DNA from: Mobula hypostoma
Taxonomy: Eukaryota
Length of the DNA stretch: 64,000 bases
Direction: 5' to 3'
NCBI RefSeq assembly: GCF_963921235.1
Contig: NC_086109.1
Coordinates: forward strand, 28,646,001 to 28,710,000
Below the pieces are notes generated by a model. The model was not told the DNA's origin. It did no database searches and worked only from the letters and a program-made list of their open reading frames with translations. Both the position numbers and the translations under genes were made by a program. This document shows, piece by piece, positions 49,350 through 60,324 of this stretch. Each line of letters starts with the position of its first letter. Positions within the stretch are counted from its first letter, which is position 1.

Positions 49350-50950
49350 AACCACAAGAACATAATACATAGGTGCAGAATTAGGCCACTCAACTCATTG
49401 GGTCTGTTCTACCATTTGATCATGGATGATTTATTCTTCCCTCTCAATCTCTTTCTCCCTGTAACTTTTGACATCCTTACTAATTAAGAACCTATCACTG
49501 TCTGCTTTAAATATATCCAATGTCTTGGCCTCCACAGCTGTCTTTGGTAATGAATTCCACAGATTCATCACTCTCTCGCTAAAGAAATTCCTTATACCAA
49601 AATGCATGATCATACATATCCCTATGCTGTATTCTATCTGCCCATTATCCCAACTTGTCCATGTCTTCTGTAGACTCCTTATTTTCTCAACACCATTTTG
49701 CCCTCCACCTATCTCTGTGTCATCTGCAAGCTTGGCCACAAAGCCATTAATTCCCTTATTGAGCTTATTTACACATAACGTGTAAAGTAGCATACCCAAA
49801 AGTGAACCCTGTTGATTACCACTAGTCACCACAAGCAACCAGGAGAAGCTCTCTTTCTTCCCTTTCTTTGCCTTCTGCCAGTCAACCAGTCTTTTCTCCA
49901 TGCTAGTACCTTTCCTGTAATACCATGGACTCCTATCTTGCTTAGCAGCCTCTTCCGGCATCATATCTAAAGCCTTCTGAACATCAAATTAGACAACATC
50001 CATTGAGTTGCCTTTGTCTATCCTGCTGGTAATTTCTTTAAAGAATTCCAGCAGATCAGGAAAGATCTCCTCTTAATGAAACCATGTTGTCTTCTAGGAA
50101 TCCTGAAACATCATCCTTAATAATGGACCCTAAAATCTTTCCCACCACTGAAGTCAGGCTAACTGGCCTATAATTTCATGCCTTTTGCCTTCCTCCTTTC
50201 TTAAAGGGGAAGGGAACATCGACTCAGACCATGAGAAACCTGTGTCGGGCATTTTCAGGCCTTACAAGGCGCAGATTGGAAGTCTGTGTGGGGCGCCACT
50301 CCTCGCACAGACACTTGAGCAATGTGTGATTAAGTGCCTTGCTCAAAGATACAAACACGCTGCCACAGCTGAGGCTCAAACTAGCGACCTTGAGATCACT
50401 AGATGAACGCCTTAACCACTTGGCCACGTGCCCAGTCTTTCTTAAAGACAGGAGTGATATTTGCAGTTTTCCATTCCTGATTCCAGTGGTCATTATTAAT
50501 GCCTTCACAATCTCTTCTACTACCTCCTTCAGAACTCTGTCCATCCAGTCCAGGTGACTTACCACTTTGAGACCTTTCAGCTTCCCAAACACTTCCTCCT
50601 TATCGATAGTGACTACAGCCACTCCAGTCCCTCTGACTCTCTCAAATTTCTGGCATGTTACTGGTGTCTTGTAGACTGACACAAAATATTTATTCATTTT
50701 GCCTATCATTTCTTTATTCACTATGACTGATGTTCCAGCATCTTTTCCCAGTGATCTGATATCCACTTTTGCCTTTCTTTTACTCTTTATATATCTGGAA
50801 AAAAATTGGTGTCCTCTTTTACATCATTGGTTAGCATACCTTCGTATTTCAACTTTTCCCTCCTTATTGCTTCACTAGTTGCCTTCTGTTGGTCTTTAAA
50901 AGATTCCCTTTTTTAGCTTTTTATGATATCATTGACCACTCTTATCAGCC
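49350..50950 (-). mobile_element. CR1 LINE (RT region to 3' end, multiple deletions) with nested SINE
   Basis: VTSGNQQGSLLG..VAKLADDTEIGG, FFSERVMNLWNSLP, and upstream EMIGKMNKYFVSV..RVLKEVVEEIVKAL. Confidence 0.9.
50207..50436 (-). mobile_element. tRNA-derived SINE with CORE-like segment and 11-bp TSD
   Basis: A-box TGGCCAAGTGG, B-box TAGTTTGAGCC; TSD CTTTCTTAAAG at 50196-50206 and 50437-50447. Head shared with the SINE at 30412-30724. Confidence 0.9.
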
Positions 50951-52151
50951 ACTTATTACTATGCCTAACTATCTGCAGTGTCCACAGTCAGAAGTTACCA
51001 AAACACATATATAAGCTCTGAAGTAACCTTAGTTACAAAAGAATCTATATTATCCATTTTGGATATTTTCTCAGAGATTGTGCACACTTTGTTATACTAA
51101 ACTGGCAAAGTGGATTTTTGAGATCGGTGGCAGAAATACAGATCAACCTTTGGAGTAGTCATTGAGATTGACTGGAGTTTGATCTAAGAGGGGGCATTAG
51201 ATGATTTGAATTAAAATTTGCATGCCCATGTTCAAATCATTCATTTGTCTAATACCATTAAAAAACTGAGATATATTTTGGGAGAAATTTATTTTGATTT
51301 CTTCAATGTTGTTAAAATTGACATCATTCAACCCTACAAGGTAGATTAAGGTCAGTTGAGGAGTGACATTTCTGAACCCAATTTCCCACAGTTTCATGTG
51401 TCTTCTTAGATGAGGTAATTTAAAGCATCCAGATGTTGCCGAATGCCAGAAGAAGGAAGACAATATGAGAGACCAGATGGAATATCTAACCTGAAAGATG
51501 GCATCATTTAAAAACAGATTTAATCTTCCTATGGAAGAAAATTGGTGTGGAGAAGATGACAACATTTTCATTGTAACAAGGTGACATGTATATACATACC
51601 TAAGATGGCATAGCTCTCTTCACAATTTTGCAGCGGCAACTGTACTTCTTGAGCTAGGGTTACAGAAGGGTTGTTAGGATCTCTGCTTATGATCTCAGTG
51701 TAAAACACAGTAATTGTGAACATTTACAATAAAATGCAGGAAATTATTTTCTAATTGAGAGAAAACAAAGGAGTGAACCTAAGTAGATGCAGCTGCAGCA
51801 AAACAAAATTAATGTGGTATATGACAGCTTCAGACAAGACAGTTAGTTGGGGAAATATTCTTTGTGATTGAATGGGATTCATGGATGGTGATCTCAGCAC
51901 TTGAGAGCTTTTCTTCTAAAATACCTTGGTTAATCAAGATTAGGTAACTGGTTATTCATCATGCTGAAGAAGCAGTATGCAAGTGAAAATAACTCTCAGT
52001 CTTACATTTTCTCCTTTGAGTGAATGGAACATAAATGAGAGAACTATTGGCACTTTGCATATTGGAGAAGTTCTAAAAGCAGCCGACATACTGGGAATGT
52101 TATTAAGTAAAACTTCAGGATCATCGCTGGCCAGATCATCGTTTACTACAG

Positions 52152-52550
52152 CATACACAGACTACTGGAGGAACTCAACAAATCACGCAGCACCTATGGA
52201 GGGAATAAGGTCAAAGTTTAGGACCAAGATTCTTCATAAGGACTAGAAAAGAAGGGGCAGAAGCCAGAAGAAGAAGGTGGTGAGTGGGAGCGAAAGTAGG
52301 TGAGACCTGGTGAGGGGGAAGATAGATGAGTGGAAGAGGGGAAATGAATGGAACTGGGAGAGGAAAGCTGGAAAAGATAACGGGCTGAAGAAGAAGGAAT
52401 CTAATAGGAGAGGACAGTGGACTATGGAAGAAAGTGAAGGAGAATGGGAACCAAAGGGAGATGATGGATGGGCAATGAAGAGAACAAGTGAGAGTGTAAC
52501 CACAGTAAGAAATGAAAAAGAAGTGGGAAGGAGGGAGGGGGAGAAATTAG
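52152..52550 (-). mobile_element. Old Penelope pseudo-LTR
   Basis: CTGGAGGAACTCA..CTATGGAGGG..GATTCTTCATAAGGACT..GAAGAAGGAATCTAATAGGAGAGGACAGTGGAC, colinear with 17300-17600. Confidence 0.8.
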
Positions 52551-52559
52551 ATTAAAATA

Positions 52560-53140
52560 GATGAAGATGGTTTGGTCTAGAACATTGCTTTGAGGAACTC
52601 CTGCAATAATGTCCCAAGCTGATATGGTTGATTTCTGATAATCTCGGTTATTTTCCTTGTGTGAGGTAAGGCTCACATTAATGGTCATTAAATTTAGTCT
52701 TACAGTGGTAGGTCTCACCAGATTTGGACCAAATCCATGATGAGGTCTGGAACTGAGTGCTGCTCACAAAATCCAAAATGATCATTGAGAATAGATTATT
52801 GACGAATGAATTCTGCTTCAATGACAGTGACAACTTCCATTTGATTAGGTGGATGGAAATTAGCTAGATTTGATTTGTCTTGCTTTTTTCTGAAAAAAAG
52901 TACCTGAGTAATTTCTCACGTTGTCAGGTAGATGCCAGTGTTGTACTAGATGAGCTTGACAAGTACTGGAGAGCAAGCCATCAGCACTACAGATGAGATT
53001 CTGCTTGGTCCCTTATCGTTTGCTGAATCCAATACTCTGAGCTATTTTTTGGTGTGAAATGAACAGAAATGGCCAGGGTCCGGCTTTGTCACATGAGGAA
53101 GCCATAACTTTTTACCAATTTACTCAGCACTTTTGGACTC
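52560..53140 (-). mobile_element. Old CR1-group LINE RT fragment
   Basis: WDIIAGVPQSNVLDQTIF (GVPQGSVLGP motif) and upstream GIYLTT.EITQV..KKQDKSN remnants. Confidence 0.75.
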
Positions 53141-53858
53141 AAAAACATGAGAAAATTTTGACTCAACACGGATACTAATGTTCAGCCATTTTTCCAAAGA
53201 GTAATAAATGGTCTTGAAGCCTTCTCCTTCCATTTTCTCATTACTTCTCCACAACTGTTATAATTAATGACTAGATCAATTCAAAAACTGATCCCGAAGC
53301 TCTGGGCAAGAACAGTAAAGTATGAATGTTGTGCTCTTGTGATGCCTTGATTAATTTGACTTTGAAACGAATTGGACTGGGTTTATTTCTCCTGGAATGA
53401 AATAGAGGAGGCAATTTATGTAGGTGGAACAGAAAAGGTGTTTGGATATTTTTTATTAGTAAAGCTCACTTGTACATTAATGGCTGGAAAGTTAGTTAGA
53501 AGAGGGTACCCAATAGTTGCAACTGCATGGCCTATATTTTCAGAACTCTGAAAGGGGAAGCCAGACAAAGGAAAAGAAACTTGTTTGAGGGAAGAGGTGA
53601 AGAGGCTTAAGGCAGAGGGGCACAACTCCTGCTCCAAAGGACACCAGTGCAGAAAGCTAAATGTTCAAACATAGCTGACAGGCATCCATTATTGGCTTTG
53701 AATTTCAATAGCTCCTCTTGGCTGGAGCCACACGTTATTCCCATGCTCAGGCCTCAGCTGATAATAGCACGTAGACCACTTTGATGTCCAGAAGACATTT
53801 CAGGTTCAAGATTGTTTAAATGTCATTCAACCATACACATTTGTATGATTAAACAAAA

Positions 53859-54416
53859 GCAACACACACAAAAAATGCTGGTGAACGCAGCAGGCCAGGC
53901 AGCATCTATGGGAAGAGGTACAGTCGATGTTTTGGGCCGAGACCCTTTGTCAGGACTAACTGAAAGAAGAGATAGTAAGAGATTTGAAAGTGGGAGGGGG
54001 AGGGGGGACCTGAAATGATAGGAGAAGACAGGAGGGGGAGGGATGGAGCTAAGAGCTGGAAAGTAGATTGGCAAAAGGGAAATGAGGCTGGAGAAGGGAG
54101 AGGATCATGGGATGGGAGGCCTAGGGAGAAAGAAAGGGAGAAGGGAGCACAAGAGGATGGGCAAGGAGTTATACTGAGAGAAACAGAGGGAGAAAAAAGA
54201 GAGTGAGAAAAAAAAATTAATAATAATAAATAAATAAATAAGGGATGAGGTACGAAGGAGAGGTGGGGCATTAATGGAAGTTAGAGAAGTCAATATTCAT
54301 AGTATTGACATATTTATTTATTTATTATTATTGTTTTTTCTCTCTTTCTTTTTTCTCCCTCTATCCCTCTCAGTATAACTCCTTGCCCATCCTCTGGGCT
54401 CCCCTCTCGCTTTCTT
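53859..54416 (-). mobile_element. Penelope inverted pseudo-LTR (53859-54303, -) plus a short sense arm (about 54311-54416) cut off by a CR1
   Basis: Colinear with 35745-36145 and extends into the GIY-YIG end; the partial mirror arm follows. Hammerhead motif 53922-53957 shows CpG decay. Confidence 0.88.
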
Positions 54417-56830
54417 GGATTGGGTAAGGTAAAGTATTTGGTAGGTTTCACTCTTCCTCTTCTTATTATGTTCACCCTTATTTGTTAGGGCAGAGTAGTT
54501 TAGTGAGAATGGCTCCGGGGCACTGTGATGTACTCTGTGTGCGATGTGGGAAGTCTCCATTTTCCCAGATAAACATATCTGCACCAAGAGCGCCGAACTG
54601 CAGCTCCTGAGAGAACATGTTAAGGGACTGGAACTGCAGCTCAATGACCTTTGACTCACGCAGGAGAATGAGGAAGTGATAGATGGGAGTTCCAGAAAGT
54701 CGTCACCGCTAGATTGCAGGAGACAGGTAACTGGGTGACTGTCGGGAAACGGAGGGGACATCAGCCAGTGCAGAGTACACCTGTGGCCATTCCCCTCAAT
54801 AACAAGTACACAACTTTAGATACTATTGAGACGGATGACCTACTGGTTGGGGGGGTGGAAGCTACAGCAATCGGGCCTCTGGCACTGAGCCTGGTGCTGT
54901 GGCTCAGAAGGACAGAGAGGTGAAGAGGACTGCAGGAGATTGTGGATAGGAGATTCCCTCATCAGAGGAATAGACACAAGGTTCCATGGGCGCAATAGAG
55001 ACACCCGGATGTTATGTTGCCTCCCTGGTGCCAAGATCGCAGATGTCTCAGATCGGGTTATTGGCATTCTCAAGGGTGAGCGTGAGCGGCTAGAAGTCCT
55101 GGTACATATTGGTACAAGTGACATTAGTAGACAAGGTGAGGAGGTTTGAAGGGAGATTTTAGGAAGCTAGGTAGAAATCTGAGAAACAGGACCCCCAGGG
55201 CTGTAATTTCTGGATTGCCGCCTGTGTCAGTGAGGGTATGAATAGGGTGATTTGGCGGGTGAATGTGGGCTGAGGAACTCGTGCAGGGGGCAGGGCTTCA
55301 GATTTATGGATCATTCAGATCTCTTCTAGGGAAGGTATGACCTGCACAAAAGGGACAAGTTACACCTGAACCAGAAGAGGTCCAATATCCTTTCAAGTAG
55401 GTTGGCTTAGGGCGGGGGTTAAATTAATTTGGTAGGGGGATGGGAACTGGAGTGGTAGTGCTGAAGATGAGATAGCTGGTTTACAAACGGAGGCAATGTG
55501 TAGTGAGGAGCGGCTATTGAAAGAGCAAAATTACAGTCAACGGATGAGTTGCAATGTAAAAGGCGGACAAAATCGAAAGGGGTGAATACAGGACTGAAGG
55601 TGTTATATTTGAATGCACACAGCGTATGGAATAAGGAAGATGAACTTGTAGCACAGTTACAGTTTGGCATGTATGATGTTGTGGTCATCATTGGATCATG
55701 GCTGAAAGAAGATTATAGCTGGGAACTTGATGTCCAGAGATACACATTGTATCGAAAGGGTAGGCAGAGGGAGAGGCATGGCTCTGTTAGAAAAAAATGA
55801 TATCAATGCCTTAGAAAGAGGTGACATAGGGTTGGAAGGTGTTGAATCATTGTGGATAGAGTTAACAATGATAAGTTCGTGGCCTAAGGTAGACCACGAT
55901 GAGTTATACAGATCTCATTACATGCCCGTGCAGTTCAACTCTTCGAGTGGTTATGCAGAAAGTTTGCAGTTAATAACTCATCTCCTTCTACCTTAGGCCA
56001 TGAACTTATCAGTCACCCCTGCTGTGGACCATTTCTGAAGGTCCAAGATGTCAACTTCTACAAAGAAGGATCCGTATGCTCCACGACCGCTGGACTAAGT
56101 GTGTAAATGTTGGAGGGGACTATGCTGAAAAATAAATGTGCCAGGATTTCTAAAGGTGACTCCTTATACTGTAGGCCATGAACTTATCAATCACCCCTCG
56201 TAATGTTAGGATTCATCTCAAGAGGACTAGAATATAAAAGCAAGGATGTAATGCTGATACTTTATAAAGCACTGGTGAGGCCTCACTTTGAGTATTGTGA
56301 GCAGTTTTGGGCTCCTTATCTTAGAAAGGATGTGCTGAAACTGGAGAGGGCTCACAAAATGAATCCAGGATTGGCTGGCTAGTAATATGAAGAGCATTTA
56401 ATGGCTCTGGGCCTGTATTCACTGGAATTCAGAAGAATGAGGGGGCGATCTAATTGAGACCTATTGAATGTTGAAAGGCCTTGATAGAGTGGATGTGAAG
56501 AGGATGTTTCCTATGTTGGGAGAGTATAACACCAGAGAACACAGCCTCAGAATAGAGGAGTATCCTTTTAGAACAGAGATGAGGAGGAATTTCTTTAGCC
56601 AGAGAGTGGAAAATCTGTGGAATTCTTTGCCACAGGCAGCTGTGAAGGCCAAGTTTTTAAAGTATTTATGTACATTTAAGGCTGAGGTTAATAGGGCTTG
56701 AAGGGATATGGGGAGAAAGCAGGAGATTGGGGCTGAGAGGAAAATTGGATCAGCCATGAAGTGGCGGAGCAGACTCAATGGGCCTTATAGCTGAGTTCTG
56801 CTCCTACATCTTGTGGTCTTCTGGTCTTAT
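54417..56830 (+). mobile_element. CR1 LINE with 5' end and ORF1 (zinc finger plus SGNH esterase); ORF2 mostly deleted
   Basis: CxxC..MWE..ICTKS..LQLL, VAIPLNNKYTTLDT, IGDSLIRGID..CCLPGAKIADVS..VHIGTSDI, LKVLYLNAHS; then jumps to LYKALVRPHFEYCEQFWAPYLRKD and the 3' UTR. Confidence 0.93.
55869..56200 (+). mobile_element. Mariner-derived MITE (left end clipped)
   Basis: Right TIR AGGCCATGAACTTATCAATCACCCCTCG|TA; left TGATAAGTTCGTGGCCT; transposase C-terminus FYKEG/IRMLHDRWTKCVNVGGDYAEK* at about 56056-56135. Confidence 0.88.
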
Positions 56831-57049
56831 AGGTGAAGACTCCTGCTAGAATGCCACACCACACTGCCCCCTCAACCGAGTTGCTCCAGCACAGTGGTTG
56901 TTGTTTCTGATTCCAACATCTATAGTTTCTCGTGCCTCCATGTCCCAGACTATATTGACTGTGTTGGCAGTGTGCAATCTAGCAGCAAGTGATGGTCTTA
57001 GTCACTGTTCTTGTGATAGTAGGACCATGGTGGACATTGCTAATGTAGA

Positions 57050-57520
57050 ATGCAGCAAGTCCTATTCATTGATTTATTGGTGGATGGTGGAGGAGCTGCT
57101 TGGCTCAATTGTAGCGAGGTCCAGGCCTCAAGCCGTGGTGCCACCTGATTACAGATACCCAGGAGAGAGGCGTCAGAATCAGTGTGCTTCACCGGAGGCA
57201 CTGTGGTGTTGCATCAAAGCAGGAGTCGATGCAGCTTCCCAGTTTTCACTCAGCAGAAGACAGGCTGTATTGTATTCGATTGCAGACTGCTGCAATGTAC
57301 ATGGACTCAGGGTGTTAGACTTTTATTTTGTGTGACAATTTTACTAATATCTTATTAGGTGCTTGCTATCATATTATGTGATTGCTATCTTCTAGGGGCT
57401 TGCTCTCGCTCTCATGTGCTGTGTGTGACTGTTGATGCTGTGTTTTGCACCTTGGTCCAAGAGTAATGCTGTTTTGTTGGCTATATCCATGGGTATTCGT
57501 GTATGGTTGAAAGACAAGTT
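57050..57520 (+). mobile_element. Degraded non-autonomous retroelement
   Basis: 3' part resembles 10780-10930 (TGTGTTTTGCACCTTGG..TGTATGGTTGAA.GAC). Confidence 0.45.
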
Positions 57521-58177
57521 TACATACGAGAAAATCCCATATAATGCAGGACTGTAATCACAGCTCCATCCCCTCTTCACTTCCCCAGTTACTTTTATAT
57601 GGGGGATGCACAGTGAAGCAAAATTGACTCTATTGTTTCTAAATAATAAGCACCACAATTTGATTTATTGCTATATCCTTTAGAATTAATAATGTTCATG
57701 GAGTATTTTATTCTTCAGAAAAATCGCACTCAAATTCCTGTACACTCTACCTTCAAATCCCAAAGGATTTAATGAAATTTCCGGTAGATTTCCTCTTGTC
57801 TGAGGTCATTTGTTATTGAAGTATTTTCCAGCTTTCCATATTCCACTCACTAACATGCAGTTTCTTCCACACACTTAGAGGCATTTCATTTCAATTTTTC
57901 ATTTGTATTAAAACATGTGTTTGAACAATTTTGCCGGCGTCTAAAATGTCAAACAGCCACCAGAAAGTCACCACCCAGTGATATAGTTCACTTACGGACT
58001 CTGTCACAAACATCCACACGTGTCTGAAGAACATAGTTTTCTCTTAAATCTGTGAACTAAAAGCCCTTAACCCATATTTATTGAACTTCATCAAGAAGCA
58101 AAATGAGTAATATTCTAAATAAACTTCTTAAGCAAGAAAAATGCTTGAAATTTATCAAAGCTGGTCCTACAGAAGCC

Positions 58178-58390
58178 CAAACATGAGGAAATCTGCAGAT
58201 GCTGAAATTCCGAGCAACACACACAAAAAATGCTGGTGAACACAGCAGGCCAGGCAGCATCTATAGGAAGCGGTACAGTCGACATTTCGGGCCGAGACTC
58301 TTCGTCAGGACTGTACGAAATGTCAACTGTACCTTTTCCTATAGATGCTGCCTAGCCTGCTGCATTCACCAGCATTTTTTGTGTGTTGTT
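58178..58390 (-). mobile_element. 213-bp fold-back Penelope mini-element with 13-bp TSD
   Basis: TSD TCCTACAGAAGCC at 58165-58177 and 58391-58403; antisense pseudo-LTR end to 58313, then an inverted copy at 58316-58390. Confidence 0.93.
58276..58313 (-). ncRNA. Minimal type I hammerhead ribozyme motif, intact core
   Basis: Minus strand CAGUC-CUGACGA-AGAGUCUCGGCCC-GAAA-UGUC-GACUG. Confidence 0.7.
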
Positions 58391-58699
58391 TCCTACAGAA
58401 GCCAATCAGTCTACTTGTAAACATTTAGGCATAGATTTGGCAAATGGAAGTGACAGCTGGTGATACAGAAGACTAAGGTTATAACCTGAGCATTAAGTGA
58501 AAATGAAATAAACATTCTTCATTCTTATTTTATTCCTTCATTAGTTTAGAGAAAGAAAAGCATGTTTTCCTTCATATGCTATGTGATAAATAGAAACTCA
58601 GCAAAGTTGATTATTTTTATTTAAATATGCTTCTGGCACTTTCATATAACTGTTTTATTTATTGAGATAACCTAAAGGTGATTTTCAACAAAGAAAAAA

Positions 58700-58855
58700 C
58701 ATTGACACAAGAGATTCCTCGGGTGCTGGAAATCTTGAGCACAAAATGCTGGAAGAACTCAGCAAGTCAGGCAGCGTCAGTGGAGGGAATGAAATAGGTA
58801 ACGACTTGGTTCGAGAAGGGCTTCGGCCCAAAACATCGACTGTTACTCCCCTGCA
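58700..58855. mobile_element. Old fold-back Penelope pseudo-LTR remnant
   Basis: Antisense pseudo-LTR end (GCTGGAAATC..CAAAATGCTGGAAGAACTCAGC) switches at about 58814 to sense GAAGGGCTTCGGCCCAAAACATCGACTG. Confidence 0.7.
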
Positions 58856-59344
58856 AAGAATAAGCATTAGTTTGTACTATGGATATTAGTGTCCCTCTGT
58901 TCCCTTACCCATGTAGCATTTAAAGAGAAGAAGCAACAGAGGCAGTTCTCTTGAGAATAGAATGTTGTCCACTTTGGATTCAAATTTACCCAGAGTAAGA
59001 TAACAACATCTCATGATGCCACACTTCCCATTTTTGGTTAAGCTGTTCTCTTGTGGCCAGACCTTAGTACTCGCCATGTACAAGGCTTTAGCTCCTTTTC
59101 CTTTTAATCATCTGCCTAGTAGGTTATGTAGTTACGATTAGATAAACAAAGTTGATAGGAGACCTCTTTGGTGCATGCATCACTTTTTTTGGGCTGAAAA
59201 CCCAGTTTCTGTATAGTGAATACATTTAAAACACATTTTGTAACAGTGAGTTATGGTCCCACTCCTTAAGTGCCTCTTTCCCTTTAATATCAGAGCTCAA
59301 ATCACATTCAGTGCGCAGTGTATCCAATGACTTTAAACCTTAGT

Positions 59345-59722
59345 TCGAAGTAAATTTATTACTAAATTATGTATATGTCACTATATACTACACTGAAATT
59401 CCTTTTCTTGCAGGCATTCACAATAGAGCAAAATGCACAATAGAATCAATGAAGATCTAGAGACAAAGACTGACCAACAACCAGTGTTCAAAAGAAAACA
59501 AACCGTGCAAAAGTAAAAACAAATAGCAATAATAATAAATAAGTAACTAAGTAATACTGGCAATAGGAATTGTAGAGTCCTTGAAAGTGAGCCCATAGGT
59601 TGTGGAATCAGTTCAGAGTTGAGGTGGGTGAAATCATCCAATCTGGTTCAGGAGCCTGATGGTTATAAGGTAATTACTGCTCCTGAACCTGCTGGTGTGG
59701 GACCTAAGGCTCCTGTGTCCTC
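59345..59722 (-). mobile_element. Rex1/Babar-type LINE 3' tail
   Basis: Colinear with 37657-38010 (AAGTAAATTTATT..GAGTCCTTGAAAGTG..CCTGATGGTT..CCTGAACCTG). Confidence 0.82.
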
Positions 59723-60324
59723 CTTCATTTCATTTATCTACTGCTATGTCTCCTAGTTATTTATACAGACCAATAAATACAAATGTTGGAAAGCTGCACT
59801 TTGGGAAAATATCCTGTATGACTGCATGAAAAATACATGGAGCATTCCTTCTCGCATAGACCTTCAGTGTTGCCATCCTCATACCCTCTCTTCCACCTAT
59901 TGTGAGCTCTCCTAATCCAAGAAGGTGACATCTACCTGATTCCCTTTATTACCTGAGCACACACAAGAGTATCCAAGGTCAAGAGAATCACTTGTTCTTA
60001 ATGGTGTGAACATTCACCCTGGTTCAAAAAGCTTTCAGGATGGATATAAACATATGCTCTATCCACACACTGCGTTCACAAGTGGCTGCAGAGGATTTTA
60101 GCCTCAGACAGCTCCATCACAGGAATAACTCTCCCTGCCATCAAGGTTTTCTTCAAGAGAGCAGTACCTCAAGATGGCAACATCTATCACAAAGGACCCT
60201 CACTACCCAGCACATGCCCCCTTTTCATTATAACCGTCAAGAAGGCTTTGACGTGCTTGCCTTTATTAGTTGAGGCATTATGTTCAGGAGTCTGGAAGTT
60301 ACATCGCAGCTTTATAAAACTCGG

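Noticed and set aside
50360..50436. tRNA gene (also near 30650-30724 and 14574-14645)
   Set aside because: A and B boxes are present, but I could not fold a convincing cloverleaf and each head continues into a SINE body with flanking duplications.
51197..52246. ORFs of 124, 89 and 68 aa in unique sequence
   Set aside because: No recognisable domains or convincing splice-site pairs; consistent with chance ORFs.
54940..55149. GDSL/SGNH hydrolase gene
   Set aside because: It is the esterase domain of CR1 ORF1, broken by stops and frameshifts and flanked by other CR1 parts.
58178..58390. miRNA hairpin or DNA-transposon MITE (also 60753-60933)
   Set aside because: The arms are Penelope pseudo-LTR sequence and the 13-14 bp TSDs are retro-type, not TA/TAA/8-bp.
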